From positions 2,428,361-2,468,360 of the forward strand of contig NZ_CP013021.1 of the NCBI RefSeq assembly GCF_001420915.1: 40,000 nt of DNA, read 5' to 3'. Positions 27,360 to 37,459 of the stretch are shown here, piece by piece (positions within the stretch are counted from its first letter, which is position 1; each line of letters starts with the position of its first letter). The notes under the pieces were generated by a model. It was given only the letters and a program-made list of their open reading frames with translations, did not search any database and was not told the DNA's origin. The DNA comes from Agarivorans gilvus (GTDB taxonomy: Bacteria > Pseudomonadota > Gammaproteobacteria > Enterobacterales > Celerinatantimonadaceae). The position numbers and the translations under genes were made by a program.

Positions 27360-28370
27360 CTAACTCACTAAATATTGATAAACACCTTCTGCTACTGGAA
27401 TGCCGTTCTGCTGACATTGGATCTTGTATTCCACTTGCAGATCATTTGGTGCTAACACTTTGTCTACACCAGGAGCTGGAGGCACCTGATGAAGCTCATT
27501 AACTAATTGAGCCATAACGGTTGCAAACAGTGGATTGCCCAACTTTTCAGGGTTAATCACTATCACTAAACTCGCCAGTTTTCTCATCTTGTCGTAATCA
27601 CCATACATCTTAACGATGTGATTACTATAGTTTGCTCCCATCAACACCCCAGTAAGAGCATCAATCGCTAGTGAGATGCCTGAACCTTTATGGCCACCAA
27701 ACGGTAGTAAGGTCGTTGCCTTGTGCGGGTCTGTAGTATCATTCCCGTGCTCGTCCAAGGCTAGTCCAGAGGCAATAGTTTGATTAGTTTCTCTTGCATG
27801 AAGTAACTTACCGTAAGCGGTCGCACTAGTTGCCATATCCACAATCATTGGAGAGCCACCTTCAACTGGAAAGCCAAACGCAATAGGATTGGTTCCTAAA
27901 AACTTGGTTGCTCCACCATAAGGGGCAACACAAGTATCAGTTTGAGTCATTGATATGCCAATCATCCCGGCGTCAGTGGCTTGCTCCATGAAATAAGATA
28001 GTGCACCACAATGAGAACCATTCTTCACACTAACAAAACCTAACCCACTGTCTTTGGCCATTTCGATAGCATGACGAGTAGCCGCAATCATAGCACTGTG
28101 GCCCATGCCGTCATCTGAATCTAACACCGCAACTGATGAAGACACCTGCTCGATGCTGAACTCAGCATCAGGTTTAAGCCCTCCAGCCTGCAGTCGAGTA
28201 CAATAGTGCTCTACCCGCATTACCCCATGCGAATGCACCCCTGTCATGTCCGCATGAACCAATACATCCACGACTTCTTTGGCTGACGCTACGTTTAAAC
28301 CAGCAACAACCAGCTTTTCCAGTGCAAGTTGCTTTAATTCCTTCTCAAATACATACTGTGTGGTCATCAT
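27360..28370 (-). CDS. Ldh_2-family (malate/L-lactate/ureidoglycolate/2,3-diketogulonate type) NAD(P)H oxidoreductase
   Basis: 336 aa. The block HADMTGVHSHGVMRVEHY...GTNPIAFGFP...FGGHKGSG is typical of the Ldh_2 family. Confidence 0.75.
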   Translation of the reverse strand: MMTTQYVFEKELKQLALEKLVVAGLNVASAKEVVDVLVHADMTGVHSHGVMRVEHYCTRLQAGGLKPDAEFSIEQVSSSVAVLDSDDGMGHSAMIAATRHAIEMAKDSGLGFVSVKNGSHCGALSYFMEQATDAGMIGISMTQTDTCVAPYGGATKFLGTNPIAFGFPVEGGSPMIVDMATSATAYGKLLHARETNQTIASGLALDEHGNDTTDPHKATTLLPFGGHKGSGISLAIDALTGVLMGANYSNHIVKMYGDYDKMRKLASLVIVINPEKLGNPLFATVMAQLVNELHQVPPAPGVDKVLAPNDLQVEYKIQCQQNGIPVAEGVYQYLVS

Positions 28371-28383
28371 CTTTTCCTACGAT

Positions 28384-29400
28384 CTAAAAATTCACTACGC
28401 CTTTAATTAGCTCTTTGTTTTCCACCACTTGCTCGCGGTATTGCTCACCAAAGCTGGCGAAGTCGTAGTCTTTGTTTTTCATAATGGATTCGCTTATAGC
28501 GCCCTTCTCCATCAACTCAATTACTCTTTCAAAGTCCTGGCGGGTAGCATTGCGACTACTTAACAACGTGGTCTCTTTTTTGTGGAAAGTTGGATCGTCT
28601 AACACTAGATCACCAATATACAAACCAATGAAAACAATCTTTCCACCATGGCGAATTAACTCAACACTGCGGCTCATTGAAGCCTTATTACCGGTGGCAT
28701 CCATCAGCGTGCATGGCAATTCTCCGCCAAAAGCTGCACGCAATTGTTGTTCATAGTCAGCAGCAACAGGATCTAACGCGGGCACACCCAAGACCTTGGC
28801 TACATGCTGGCGGCGCTCTTCACTGACATCTGCCACAACCACCCTGGCACCTTCAGCCTTCGCAATAGCAGCTGCAGCTAAACCTATAGGTCCAGAGCCA
28901 ATCTGCAACACATTTTCACCCGCTTTAACTTGAGCGCGACGCACGGCATGGGCACTAATCGCAAAACACTCAACCAAGGCACCTTGACTATCACTGACGC
29001 CCTCAGGCAAAGCCACTAAGTTGTCTTTTTTCACCGCCAAATATTCAGTAAAACCGCCATCTTGATGAACTCCGTACAAGGAGACATTTTCACAACAGTT
29101 GGTCTTACCATCTTTACAAGCCGCACATTGACCGCAAGGAATACATGGAATAACCGAGGCACGTTGACCAATTTTTACATCCGCAGCCTGCGCTCCTGCA
29201 TCTACCACCGTTCCGCAAATCTCATGCCCTAGAACACGCGGGTAGCTAAAAAATGGTTGGCGACCCGCGTAGGCATGTATGTCCGTGCCACAAATGCCCA
29301 CCGCATTAACTTTAAGCAACACCTCATCATTGCCAAACTTGGGTAGCTCCCTCTCCACGTATTCGATAGAGAATGGTTCGTTACAGATTAGGGTTTTCAT
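28384..29400 (-). CDS. Zn-dependent medium-chain alcohol/polyol dehydrogenase
   Basis: The track ORF extends to 29421. I prefer the ATG at 29400 (MKTLICNEPF...), which has GGAGAGAG upstream. Zn motif GHEICGTV, structural-Zn Cys cluster CGQCAACKDGKTNCC, and NAD fold GSGPIGL. Confidence 0.8.
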   Translation of the reverse strand: MKTLICNEPFSIEYVERELPKFGNDEVLLKVNAVGICGTDIHAYAGRQPFFSYPRVLGHEICGTVVDAGAQAADVKIGQRASVIPCIPCGQCAACKDGKTNCCENVSLYGVHQDGGFTEYLAVKKDNLVALPEGVSDSQGALVECFAISAHAVRRAQVKAGENVLQIGSGPIGLAAAAIAKAEGARVVVADVSEERRQHVAKVLGVPALDPVAADYEQQLRAAFGGELPCTLMDATGNKASMSRSVELIRHGGKIVFIGLYIGDLVLDDPTFHKKETTLLSSRNATRQDFERVIELMEKGAISESIMKNKDYDFASFGEQYREQVVENKELIKGVVNF

Positions 29401-29410
29401 TATCTCTCTC

Positions 29411-30880
29411 CTACTCGGCAAGCAACTGGCGAATCACCGCCTGAATGCCCAGCTGTTGAATTTGTAAAAAGGCGCTGACGACTGCATCAGCAAACTGAGG
29501 ATGAGTATGTGGTAACTCACCGAAAATGGGGCTTAAACTCAGCATTGCTCTGACCTTAAGCTCTGGTGTTTCAACATCCGCTAAAACTTGTCGGAACTGC
29601 TCAGCCATAGGATCTTCTACAGCTTGTCCCTTGGCGAAACTGGCAATAACAAAATGCATCCAACCAGCAATCGACACAGGTAAACATTTCGGTGACAGCC
29701 CCTTGGCAAGCAATTGTTGTAGTGGATCAATGGCTCGCTGAGTTAGCTTTTGCGACCCATCCATAGCTATTTGAGCTGTCTTATGTTTAATGTTGGGGTT
29801 ACTGAATCGCTCGATTAGAACTTTGGCATATGCAGCTAAGTCAACATCCAAATTAGGACTTAGGCTCTTCGCCTGCTCCTCAAGCATCAACTTAAATGTA
29901 GCTTGACGAAAATCATTGTTTTCCATGCATTGATAGATGTATTCAAAGCCAGCCAAACTACCGTTATACGCAAGGAAAGAGTGACTACCATTTAGCATAC
30001 GTAGCTTCATTTCTTCATAAGGCAGCACATCTGTTACAAACATGGCTCCAGCCAAGTTCCAGTCTGGGCGTCCTGCAACAAAGTTGTCTTCGATGACCCA
30101 CTGGCGGAACTCTTCACAAACCACACCACAGGGATCGGCATAGCCAGTATGTTGCTCTAGTGCCGCAAAAGCATCTTCGGTCATAGCTGGCACAATCCGA
30201 TCAACCATGGTGCTAGGAAAGCTAACATTGTCCTCAATCCAACGAGCTAATTCACCGTCTACGGTTTTGGCAAAACCGATTAAAGCATTTTTAGTTAAAT
30301 GACCATTCTCAGGAATATTGTCACAAGACATTACACTAACCGGAGCCAAACCTCTTTGTTTGCGTAAGCGCAACGCTTCAACAATTAATCCAATAGCACT
30401 TTGTGGCTGCTGAGGTGTCGCAAGATCATGTCTGACTAAAGCATTATTTAGATCTAATTCGCCAGAGTTAGGGTCAACACAATAACCCTTCTCTGTGATG
30501 GTAAGAGAGATTAACTTAACCTGCGGTTCAGCTAATTTTTCAATTGCTTTATCAATACCGTGTAACGGTGTATGAATCGCTTCCGTTACGGTACGCACTA
30601 AACGCGAACAACTCCCATGAGCGGAATTTTCATAAACTGAAAATAAACAATCTTGAGCGAGTAGATCCTCAACCAACTGTTCACTACCAAACAGGTTTAT
30701 TTCACATATTCCCCATGGGCGACCACTAACTTGATTAGTTAGATCGTTATATACGGCTTGATGGCCTCGGTGAAACGCACCGAAACCGATATGAACAATC
30801 TCGGTCTGTAGCAATTTTCGGTCATAATCCGTTACCGAATCGTAGCGGCGCTTATTAGCGGTATTTACATCGCGGCTCAT
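29411..30880 (-). CDS. Long-chain mannitol-dehydrogenase-family oxidoreductase (UxuB / fructuronate reductase-like)
   Basis: 489 aa. The N-terminal IVHIGFGAFHRGHQAVY and ISLTITEKGYC blocks match the UxuB/MtlD-type family as I recall it. Confidence 0.75.
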   Translation of the reverse strand: MSRDVNTANKRRYDSVTDYDRKLLQTEIVHIGFGAFHRGHQAVYNDLTNQVSGRPWGICEINLFGSEQLVEDLLAQDCLFSVYENSAHGSCSRLVRTVTEAIHTPLHGIDKAIEKLAEPQVKLISLTITEKGYCVDPNSGELDLNNALVRHDLATPQQPQSAIGLIVEALRLRKQRGLAPVSVMSCDNIPENGHLTKNALIGFAKTVDGELARWIEDNVSFPSTMVDRIVPAMTEDAFAALEQHTGYADPCGVVCEEFRQWVIEDNFVAGRPDWNLAGAMFVTDVLPYEEMKLRMLNGSHSFLAYNGSLAGFEYIYQCMENNDFRQATFKLMLEEQAKSLSPNLDVDLAAYAKVLIERFSNPNIKHKTAQIAMDGSQKLTQRAIDPLQQLLAKGLSPKCLPVSIAGWMHFVIASFAKGQAVEDPMAEQFRQVLADVETPELKVRAMLSLSPIFGELPHTHPQFADAVVSAFLQIQQLGIQAVIRQLLAE

Positions 30881-30953
30881 TTAACTCTCCAAGTGTTCAA
30901 CCAAAAATGGCTAACAAGAAACTCAACAGAAGTACAGGTTGAACAATATCATA

Positions 30954-30967
30954 ATTGGTTTACCAGT
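30954..30967. promoter_or_regulatory. Candidate GntR/FadR operator box ATTGGTTTACCAGT
   Basis: 11/12 match to ATTGGTnnACCAAT. Lies in the divergent region between the uxuB-like operon (-) and kdgK (+). A weaker box AGTGTTCAACCAAA is at 30892-30905. Confidence 0.5.
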
Positions 30968-31107
30968 AAAACAAAAGTAAGTACTGATTAATAAACCCGT
31001 GATCTTTTTCACAAACACGTAATTAATGAATAAACCTAGAGTAAAAGTGTTAAATAACGCACATAACAACAACAATTTTACTTGAGGATATAGCTTAGAG
31101 CCCCACA

Positions 31108-31121
31108 ATTGGTTGACCAGT
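31108..31121. promoter_or_regulatory. Candidate GntR/FadR operator box ATTGGTTGACCAGT
   Basis: 11/12 match, about 95 bp upstream of kdgK. Split half-sites ATTGGT (31141-31146) and ACCAAT (31158-31163) follow. Confidence 0.5.
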
Positions 31122-31214
31122 GGCATGCATAAACTTTAGTATTGGTCGAAAGGTAAAACCAATTTTTGCATTTAGGCGCCTAATGGCAGCCTTACTTTGA
31201 TATGAGAGAGCAGC

Positions 31215-32153
31215 ATGGACAGTGAAATATTAAGCTTTGGTGAACCTATGTTTGAGTTCAGCCAAGTTGGAAGTTCCGAGCCAGGAGGAGCTGACTTCCT
31301 TAGCGGCTTCGGTGGTGATGTGTCAAACTTTGCTATAGCAGCGGCCCGACAAGGTGCCAATGTAGGTATGTTAACTCATTTAGGCAACGATGCTTTTGGT
31401 GAAAAGTTTCTCGCACTTTGGAAAAAGGAAGGAGTAAGCATCGATAACGTAGTTATCAATCCAGAAGCTCACACAGGTGTATACTTCATCACGCACGATG
31501 AAGATGGTCACCACTTTTCATTTCTTCGAAAAGGCTCTGCAGCTAGCCGAATAAGTGCAGCTCAACTCCCTAACAACGCAATTGCCAAAGCCAAGTTGCT
31601 CCATGTTACAGCTATCACTCAAGCAATTAGTGACAATTGCTGTGATGCAGTGTTTGCCGCTATTGAACAAGCCAAGCAACATAACACTCTCATATCTTAT
31701 GATACCAACCTTAGGTTAAAACTATGGTCTTTAAACCGCGCGCGCGCAGTTATTAACGAAACAGCCTCGCTGATAGACATCTGCTTTCCAAGTCTGGATG
31801 AGGCGCAATTACTTACTGGCCTAAAACAAGCAGATGACATCATTGATCATTACCTAAAACTGGGAGCAAAAATAGTAGTGCTCAAACAAGGTCGTGAAGG
31901 CGCCACTGTGGCAACAGCCAATGAACGTCATACTATCAAGCCACACAAGGTTAAAGCTGTTGATGCTACCGCTGCGGGAGATTCATTCGCGGGCTCTTTT
32001 TGTACTCACTTTGTTCAGGGTAAACCGCTGCAAGAGTGCCTAGCCTACGCCAATGCTACAGCCTCTATCACCATTACAGGATATGGTGCAGTAGCTCCTC
32101 TGCCGAGCTTAGCCCAAGTTCAAGAACGCCTAACAGAATCACTTATCAGTTAA
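31215..32153 (+). CDS. kdgK: 2-dehydro-3-deoxygluconokinase (PfkB family)
   Basis: 312 aa. PfkB signatures FGGDVSNFA and DATAAGDSFAG. Immediately upstream of a KDPG aldolase gene. Confidence 0.85.
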   Translation: MDSEILSFGEPMFEFSQVGSSEPGGADFLSGFGGDVSNFAIAAARQGANVGMLTHLGNDAFGEKFLALWKKEGVSIDNVVINPEAHTGVYFITHDEDGHHFSFLRKGSAASRISAAQLPNNAIAKAKLLHVTAITQAISDNCCDAVFAAIEQAKQHNTLISYDTNLRLKLWSLNRARAVINETASLIDICFPSLDEAQLLTGLKQADDIIDHYLKLGAKIVVLKQGREGATVATANERHTIKPHKVKAVDATAAGDSFAGSFCTHFVQGKPLQECLAYANATASITITGYGAVAPLPSLAQVQERLTESLIS

Positions 32154-32165
32154 AAAGGACAGAAA

Positions 32166-32792
32166 ATGCAACAAATAATTGAACGCCTCAGCAAGCATAA
32201 AGTCGTACCAGTGATTGCAGTGGATAAAGCAGAAGACATTCTACCGCTCGGTGAGCAGTTGCAAGCCAATGGTCTTCCTGTTGCCGAAATCACTTACCGT
32301 TCCGATGCTGCGAGCAAAGCAATCGAATTACTAAGAGAAGCTTATCCTGATATGCTCATCGGCGCAGGAACTGTACTTAACGAAAAGCAAGTTATCGCGG
32401 CTAAACAGGCTGGCGCAGACTTCATAGTGTCACCAGGCCTAAACCCAAACACAGTTAGAGCTTGTCAAAAACATAATATTGCTATCATCCCTGGCGTAAA
32501 CAACCCTTCAACTGCAGAGCAAGCGATTGAACTAGGTTTAGACACAGTTAAATTTTTCCCTGCCGAGCCCTCTGGAGGCATCGCGATGTTGAAGTCATTA
32601 TTGGCTCCCTATAGCATGCTGAAAATCATGCCAACAGGAGGTATTAACGCCAAAAACATTCAATCTTATCTTGATGTGACTGGTGTTGTAGCTTGTGGAG
32701 GCTCGTGGATGGTAGATAAGTCACTGATCAATAGCGGAAAATGGGAAGAACTAGGTGAGCTTATAGCCGATATTGTTAAACAATTAAAATAG
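32166..32792 (+). CDS. eda: 2-dehydro-3-deoxy-phosphogluconate (KDPG) aldolase
   Basis: 208 aa. Blocks VVPVI, GAGTVLN, and VKFFPAE (Schiff-base Lys context) are typical of Eda. Confidence 0.85.
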   Translation: MQQIIERLSKHKVVPVIAVDKAEDILPLGEQLQANGLPVAEITYRSDAASKAIELLREAYPDMLIGAGTVLNEKQVIAAKQAGADFIVSPGLNPNTVRACQKHNIAIIPGVNNPSTAEQAIELGLDTVKFFPAEPSGGIAMLKSLLAPYSMLKIMPTGGINAKNIQSYLDVTGVVACGGSWMVDKSLINSGKWEELGELIADIVKQLK

Positions 32793-32803
32793 CCGAGAAA
32801 AAA

Positions 32804-33894
32804 ATGACCTTAGCAATTAAAGAAATATGCACCCGTTTATTTAAGGTGCCATTGGCTGAGATTCTCTCTGATGCCAAACATGGCGATCACGACCATTTCG
32901 AGCTAATCACATGTACCATTACTTTAGAAGACGGCAGCAGCGGCACCGGCTACACCTATACCGGCGGCAAAGGCGGCTATGCCATCAAAGCCATGCTAGA
33001 CCATGACTTGCGCCCAATGCTATTAGGTAAAGACGCCAGTGCCATTGAAGACATTTATGATGAGATGGAGTGGCACATTCACTATGTAGGCCGTGGGGGA
33101 TCTCTTCCTTTGCTATGTCTGCAGTAGATATTGCACTGTGGGATCTAAAGGGCAAACGCGAAAATATGCCTCTTTGGAAAATGGCAGGTGCGAGCAGTGA
33201 TCGATGCAAAGCCTACTGTGGTGGTATCGATTTGAACTTTTCCTTAGAAAAGCTGTTGAATAATATTCAGGGCTACTTGGATAGTGGCTTTAATGCCGTC
33301 AAAATTAAGGTCGGCCAAGCCGATATGAGCAAAGACATCGAACGGATCCGTGCTGTTCGCCAACTTATTGGTCCCGAGACTATCTTTATGATTGACGCCA
33401 ATTACTCGCTCTCGGTTGAGCAAGCCATTGCACTATCCAAAGCCGTTGAAGACTGTGATATCACTTGGTTTGAAGAGCCAACAATTCCTGACGACTACCT
33501 AGGTTTTGCCAAGATTGCGGATGCCACCCGTATTCCTTTAGCCATGGGTGAGAACCTACATACCATTCATGAGTTTGGCTATGCCTTTGAGCAAGCAAAG
33601 CTGTCTTTCATTCAGCCAGACGCATCAAACTGTGGAGGCGTTACCGGCTGGTTGCGAGCAGCTAAGCTGTCTCAGGATTATGACATCCCCGTGTGTTCCC
33701 ATGGTATGCAAGAATTGCATGTAAGTTTAGTGTCTTCACGCCCAAATGCAGGATGGTTAGAAGTACATAGCTTTCCAATTGACCAATACACCAAGCGCCC
33801 ATTAGTAGTTGAAGATCATCTAGCCATTGCACCCAGTACCCCAGGCATCGGTGTTGAGTTCGACTGGGATAAGCTCGCCCAATACCAAGTTTAA
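32804..33894 (+). pseudogene. Enolase-superfamily cycloisomerase (candidate 3,6-anhydro-L-galactonate cycloisomerase), split by a 1-nt frameshift at the G5 run 33095-33099
   Basis: Track ORFs 32804-33127 and 33070-33894 are the capping and barrel halves of one mandelate-racemase/muconate-lactonising-type protein. One extra G restores ...[26 protein letters not shown].... Context (ALDH, kdgK, eda, agarases) supports the anhydrogalactonate role. Probably a homopolymer sequencing error. Confidence 0.75.
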
Positions 33895-33902
33895 CTTAAG
33901 CC

Positions 33903-33930
33903 AAGCCCTGCACTCGCAGGGCTTTACCTT
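33903..33930 (+). terminator. Probable intrinsic terminator after the cycloisomerase gene
   Basis: AGCCCTGC-actc-GCAGGGCT followed by TTACCTT (weak T tract). Confidence 0.5.
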
Positions 33931-34034
33931 GCGCACTTTACTCCCCCAGAATCAAGCCACCGCAAGCACTGCTGACCTTAGCCGTTCCTTTTTCACGCAC
34001 ACTAGTTTTAATTTTGTTAGCAAGCTCACTGTTT

Positions 34035-34048
34035 ACTGGTAAACCAAT
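34035..34048. promoter_or_regulatory. Candidate GntR/FadR operator box ACTGGTAAACCAAT
   Basis: 11/12 match, about 100 bp upstream of the third GH50 gene. Confidence 0.5.
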
Positions 34049-34151
34049 AAATACTATTGATCATCCAATAACCAAATAAATTAACCAAAGGGGAGCTTTG
34101 GTCAGCCTATGGGGCATAAGCCCCAGCCTGGCTCTAAGGAATGAAATAAGC

Positions 34152-36979
34152 ATGAGAATAGACAAATTACCTTTCGCGGGAGCATTACTCGCCATCCTGA
34201 TTGGAGCCTACGGATGCACATCCAATTTAAACAATGCCCCTTCAACCAAGCAGACCGGCAACAGCCAACTGCCAGACTTTGAGAGTAGAGCATTTTTCAG
34301 TTCAGTGCTTACTGAGCATGCCACTGCAACAATGGTAACTGACTCAGGAGTGATGGCGGGTAAGCATGCGCTTCAGCTAGAGTTTGAGGGAGTTAATGTG
34401 GCCGAGCAATTTAGTCGCTGGCCCAATGCTAAATTTCACCCCGCAGTCCAAGCTTGGGATTGGAGCGCCTACCAAAGCCTTAGCATCGATTTGACCAACC
34501 CCGACATGCAAGCCGCGACGGTCATTTTAAAGCTCGCAGACAAACTCGGCGTAAAAGGCTCGCCGCCTAATCAGCTCAATTACCAGTTTAGGATCCCAGC
34601 TCAGCGAACTCAGCAGTTAACCCTAGAGTTCGATGGTGGAACCAAGCAGCGCCCCGGATATTGGGGTGGCACTCAGCTTGATCTCAGCTCCATTTTAGAG
34701 TTGCAAATTTTCGTTCAAGGTCCGATCAAGGAGCAGCAGGTTATCCTAGATAACCTACGCCTAAACAAAGCTAGCTCTGAGCAGAGCGTTGTCGATACCA
34801 AGACCATTATTCGGAAAATCCCCACGCTGAAAAACCTCACTAGCTCTAGCCAAGGGCATAGCAACCTAGTCTCTTATGAGCGCAGTGAAGGTACCATCAT
34901 TACTGAACTCACAAATGGTATGGAAGGCCTGCTCGACATCCGCTTTTCAGCTAACACTGACTACCCTAATGTGACCTTTAAAGAAGCCTACCCTTGGGAT
35001 TGGAGCGAGTATCAAGAGCTTAGCCTAGCCTTCGATATTGATAACCAGCAAAACCAAGATTTGCAGTTATTCGTTCGTGTTGACGACGCCGAGGACCAGC
35101 GCTGGGGAGGCTCAGCCGACGGAGTAAACAATAGTCTCTCAGCAATGGTTACACTGCCAGCCAACAGCAGCGGTAGTTACTATCTACCGCTAAAGCAATT
35201 GAACCAGCAGATAAATGCTGGCATGACCGGCTTACCTCCTAAACCAAATTATCTGGCTGAGGCAATAAAGTATGGTTGGGGGCAACGCCAATTGGACCTC
35301 AGCAACATCGTATCTTTTCAGCTCTATCTGCAACAACCCAAGCAAGACGCCCACCTGCAACTAAAACGTCTGCGCTTAATCCCCGACCTTGACTCAGAGC
35401 AACAAGGCTTTGCACAAATCGTCGATAAGTTTGGTCAATACACCGGTTATGACTGGCCCAAGAAGGTTCATAGCGATGAAGAACTGCGCACCATGGGCCA
35501 CGTGGCTAAGTTGTCACTCAAGTCTTCATCAGCGATGCCGCAAAGAAGCAAATTTGGCGGATGGCTTGAAGGCCCTAAAAGCAAAGCCAGCGGACACTTT
35601 AGAACGGCGAAGCTAGGTGATAAATGGAGCTTGGTCGATCCCTTGGGTTACCCTTTCTTCGCCACCGGCTTAAGCAATATTCGCCTAGATGATAGCTATA
35701 CCCTGACCGGTTACGATTCCTCAGACCAAACCAAGAGCATGCTATCACCAGTGCGGGCCAGCATGTTCACTTGGTTGCCAGAGAGGGGCGAACGGCTAGC
35801 GGATGGCTTCTCCTACGCAGAAAAACTGCATAGCGGAGCGCAACAACAGGGTGAGATCTTCAGTTTTTACGCCGCCAATCTACAGCGAAAGTATGGTGGC
35901 TCACTTGAGCAAGCACTGAACAGCTGGCAACAGGTAACCTTAAGCAGAATGCAAGATTGGGGTTTTACTAGCTTAGGAAATTGGACTGACCCGGCTTTTT
36001 ATAACAACGGCTCCATCGCCTATGTAGCGCATGGGGAGATCACAGGAGAGCATGCTCGCATCGCCACGCCAAACGACTATTGGGGCGCAATGCATGACCC
36101 ATTTGATCCGGTATTTCGTCAAAGTGCGCGAGCGATGGCCCAAGGCTTAAGCGGACAAATTAACCGAAACGATCCATGGTTGATTGGCATCTTTGTCGAC
36201 AACGAGCTGAGCTGGGGCAATCAGCAAAGTGACGCGAAGCACTTTGGCTTGGTCGCAGCAGTATTAGCCAAGGATCAAAGGAACAGTGCAGCCAAGACCG
36301 CCTTCACCGACTACATCAAAAGTAAGTACTGGACGATAGAAGACCTAAACCAAAGTTGGCAAACAACGCTCACATCCTGGGTGCAGTTTGAGCGGGGCTT
36401 CGATTATCACTCTGAGCTGCATCAAGCAATGCGACGCGACTACTCGGAGTTATTGTACTTATTTGCTGAGAAGTACTATGCGATTGTTCGCGCAGAGCTG
36501 AAGAAGGAGCTGCCCAATCATCTATATCTAGGCTCCAGATTTGCTGACTGGGGCATACCGAAGAAGTCCTGCATGCGGCATCACTCTACGTGGATGTATT
36601 GAGCTTCAACCACTATAGCGATGACTTTTCATCTAGCGGTCCGTGGGCCCAACTGGCGGAACTGGATAAACCGGCCATGGTGAGTGAGTTTCATTTTGGT
36701 GCGACTGATATGGGGATGTTTGCCGGAGGCGTAGTATCGGCAAAAGATCAGGAGCAGCGAGCGGCGAAATACTCGCACTATATGCGCGGAGTCGTCGCCC
36801 ACCCCAACTTTGTCGGAGCTCAGTGGTTTCAGTATATCGATGCTCCCCTTACCGGGCGCGCGTGGGATGGAGAAAACTACAACAACGGTTTTGTCTCAGT
36901 GAGTGACTCACCCTACCCACAACTGGTCGAAGCGGCCAAGAAATTTAATCAGCAGTTATATCAAAGCCGCTTCAAATAA
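34152..36979 (+). pseudogene. GH50-family beta-agarase lipoprotein with tandem N-terminal non-catalytic modules, interrupted by a 1-nt frameshift near 36558-36561
   Basis: I prefer the ATG at 34152 (MRIDKLPFAGALLAILIGAYGCTS, lipobox) over the track TTG at 34098. Track ORFs 34098-36602 and 36590-36979 join if one base is added in ATACC-GAAGAA, giving RFADWGIPEEVLHAASLYVDVLSFNHY. That spacing is identical to the two paralogues (GVTPEIARGAAPYVDV, GMNPEVVRAAAKHVDV). Confidence 0.8.
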
Positions 36980-36994
36980 GTTCATCGTCCCTTG

Positions 36995-37021
36995 GCCCCT
37001 ACTTTGTTAGGGGCATTTTTT
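36995..37021 (+). terminator. Intrinsic terminator after the GH50 gene
   Basis: GCCCCTA-ctttgt-TAGGGGC followed by ATTTTTT. Confidence 0.8.
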
Positions 37022-37395
37022 GCCCACTGCTAGGTCCAGCCCCAAGCTAAACCACAACATGCATCTCACCAAAGCCAGAGCACTAGGTAAATAAACAAGT
37101 AATCGAACAATGAGGGAGTAATGTCTCAGCCTAATAGCTGAATCGCGTTTGCTGACGCTTGAACAACAGTCATAGGCTTACTAAGCCAAGTGCGGCTAAG
37201 AGAGCAGAGGAAGGATGGAGAACGCAGAGACTTGGTAAGTACCAAAGAGTACTTGGGTTTCGCTATTAAACTACAAGGAGCCCAGATATAGCGGATAAAT
37301 ATGGCTAAATGCCAAGCCTAACAACACCAGCTTGAGGGAAAAAATTACCGAAAATGGGCTCAAGTTAAACACGGCAACTCCTTGTACTACACCGT

Positions 37396-37419
37396 AAAAA
37401 GGCCCCGCCATAGCGGGGC
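37396..37419 (-). terminator. Intrinsic terminator after the aldehyde dehydrogenase gene
   Basis: On the - strand: GCCCCGC-tatg-GCGGGGC followed by CTTTTT. Confidence 0.8.
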
Positions 37420-37459
37420 AAATAACTAAGGAAATTAAGGCTGATGATGATTAGCTGTA

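Noticed and set aside
30923-31360. Track ORFs 30923-31126 (-) and 31172-31360 (-) in and around the kdgK promoter region
   Set aside because: The first is an AT-rich Phe/Leu-rich translation of a regulatory spacer containing operator boxes. The second is antisense to the kdgK 5' end.
34098-34151. TTG start at 34098 for the third GH50 gene, and GTG start at 39170 for the regulator
   Set aside because: Downstream ATGs at 34152 (RBS AAGGA, giving a clean lipoprotein signal peptide) and at 39221 (giving a standard GntR N-terminus) are better supported. The upstream extensions add non-homologous residues.
37022-37395. 375-bp ORF-free gap between two convergent terminators, considered for a small RNA or peptide gene
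   Set aside because: Only ORFs of 6-11 codons without RBS are present. I see no promoter-plus-terminator pair or conserved structure, so there is nothing I can support from sequence alone.
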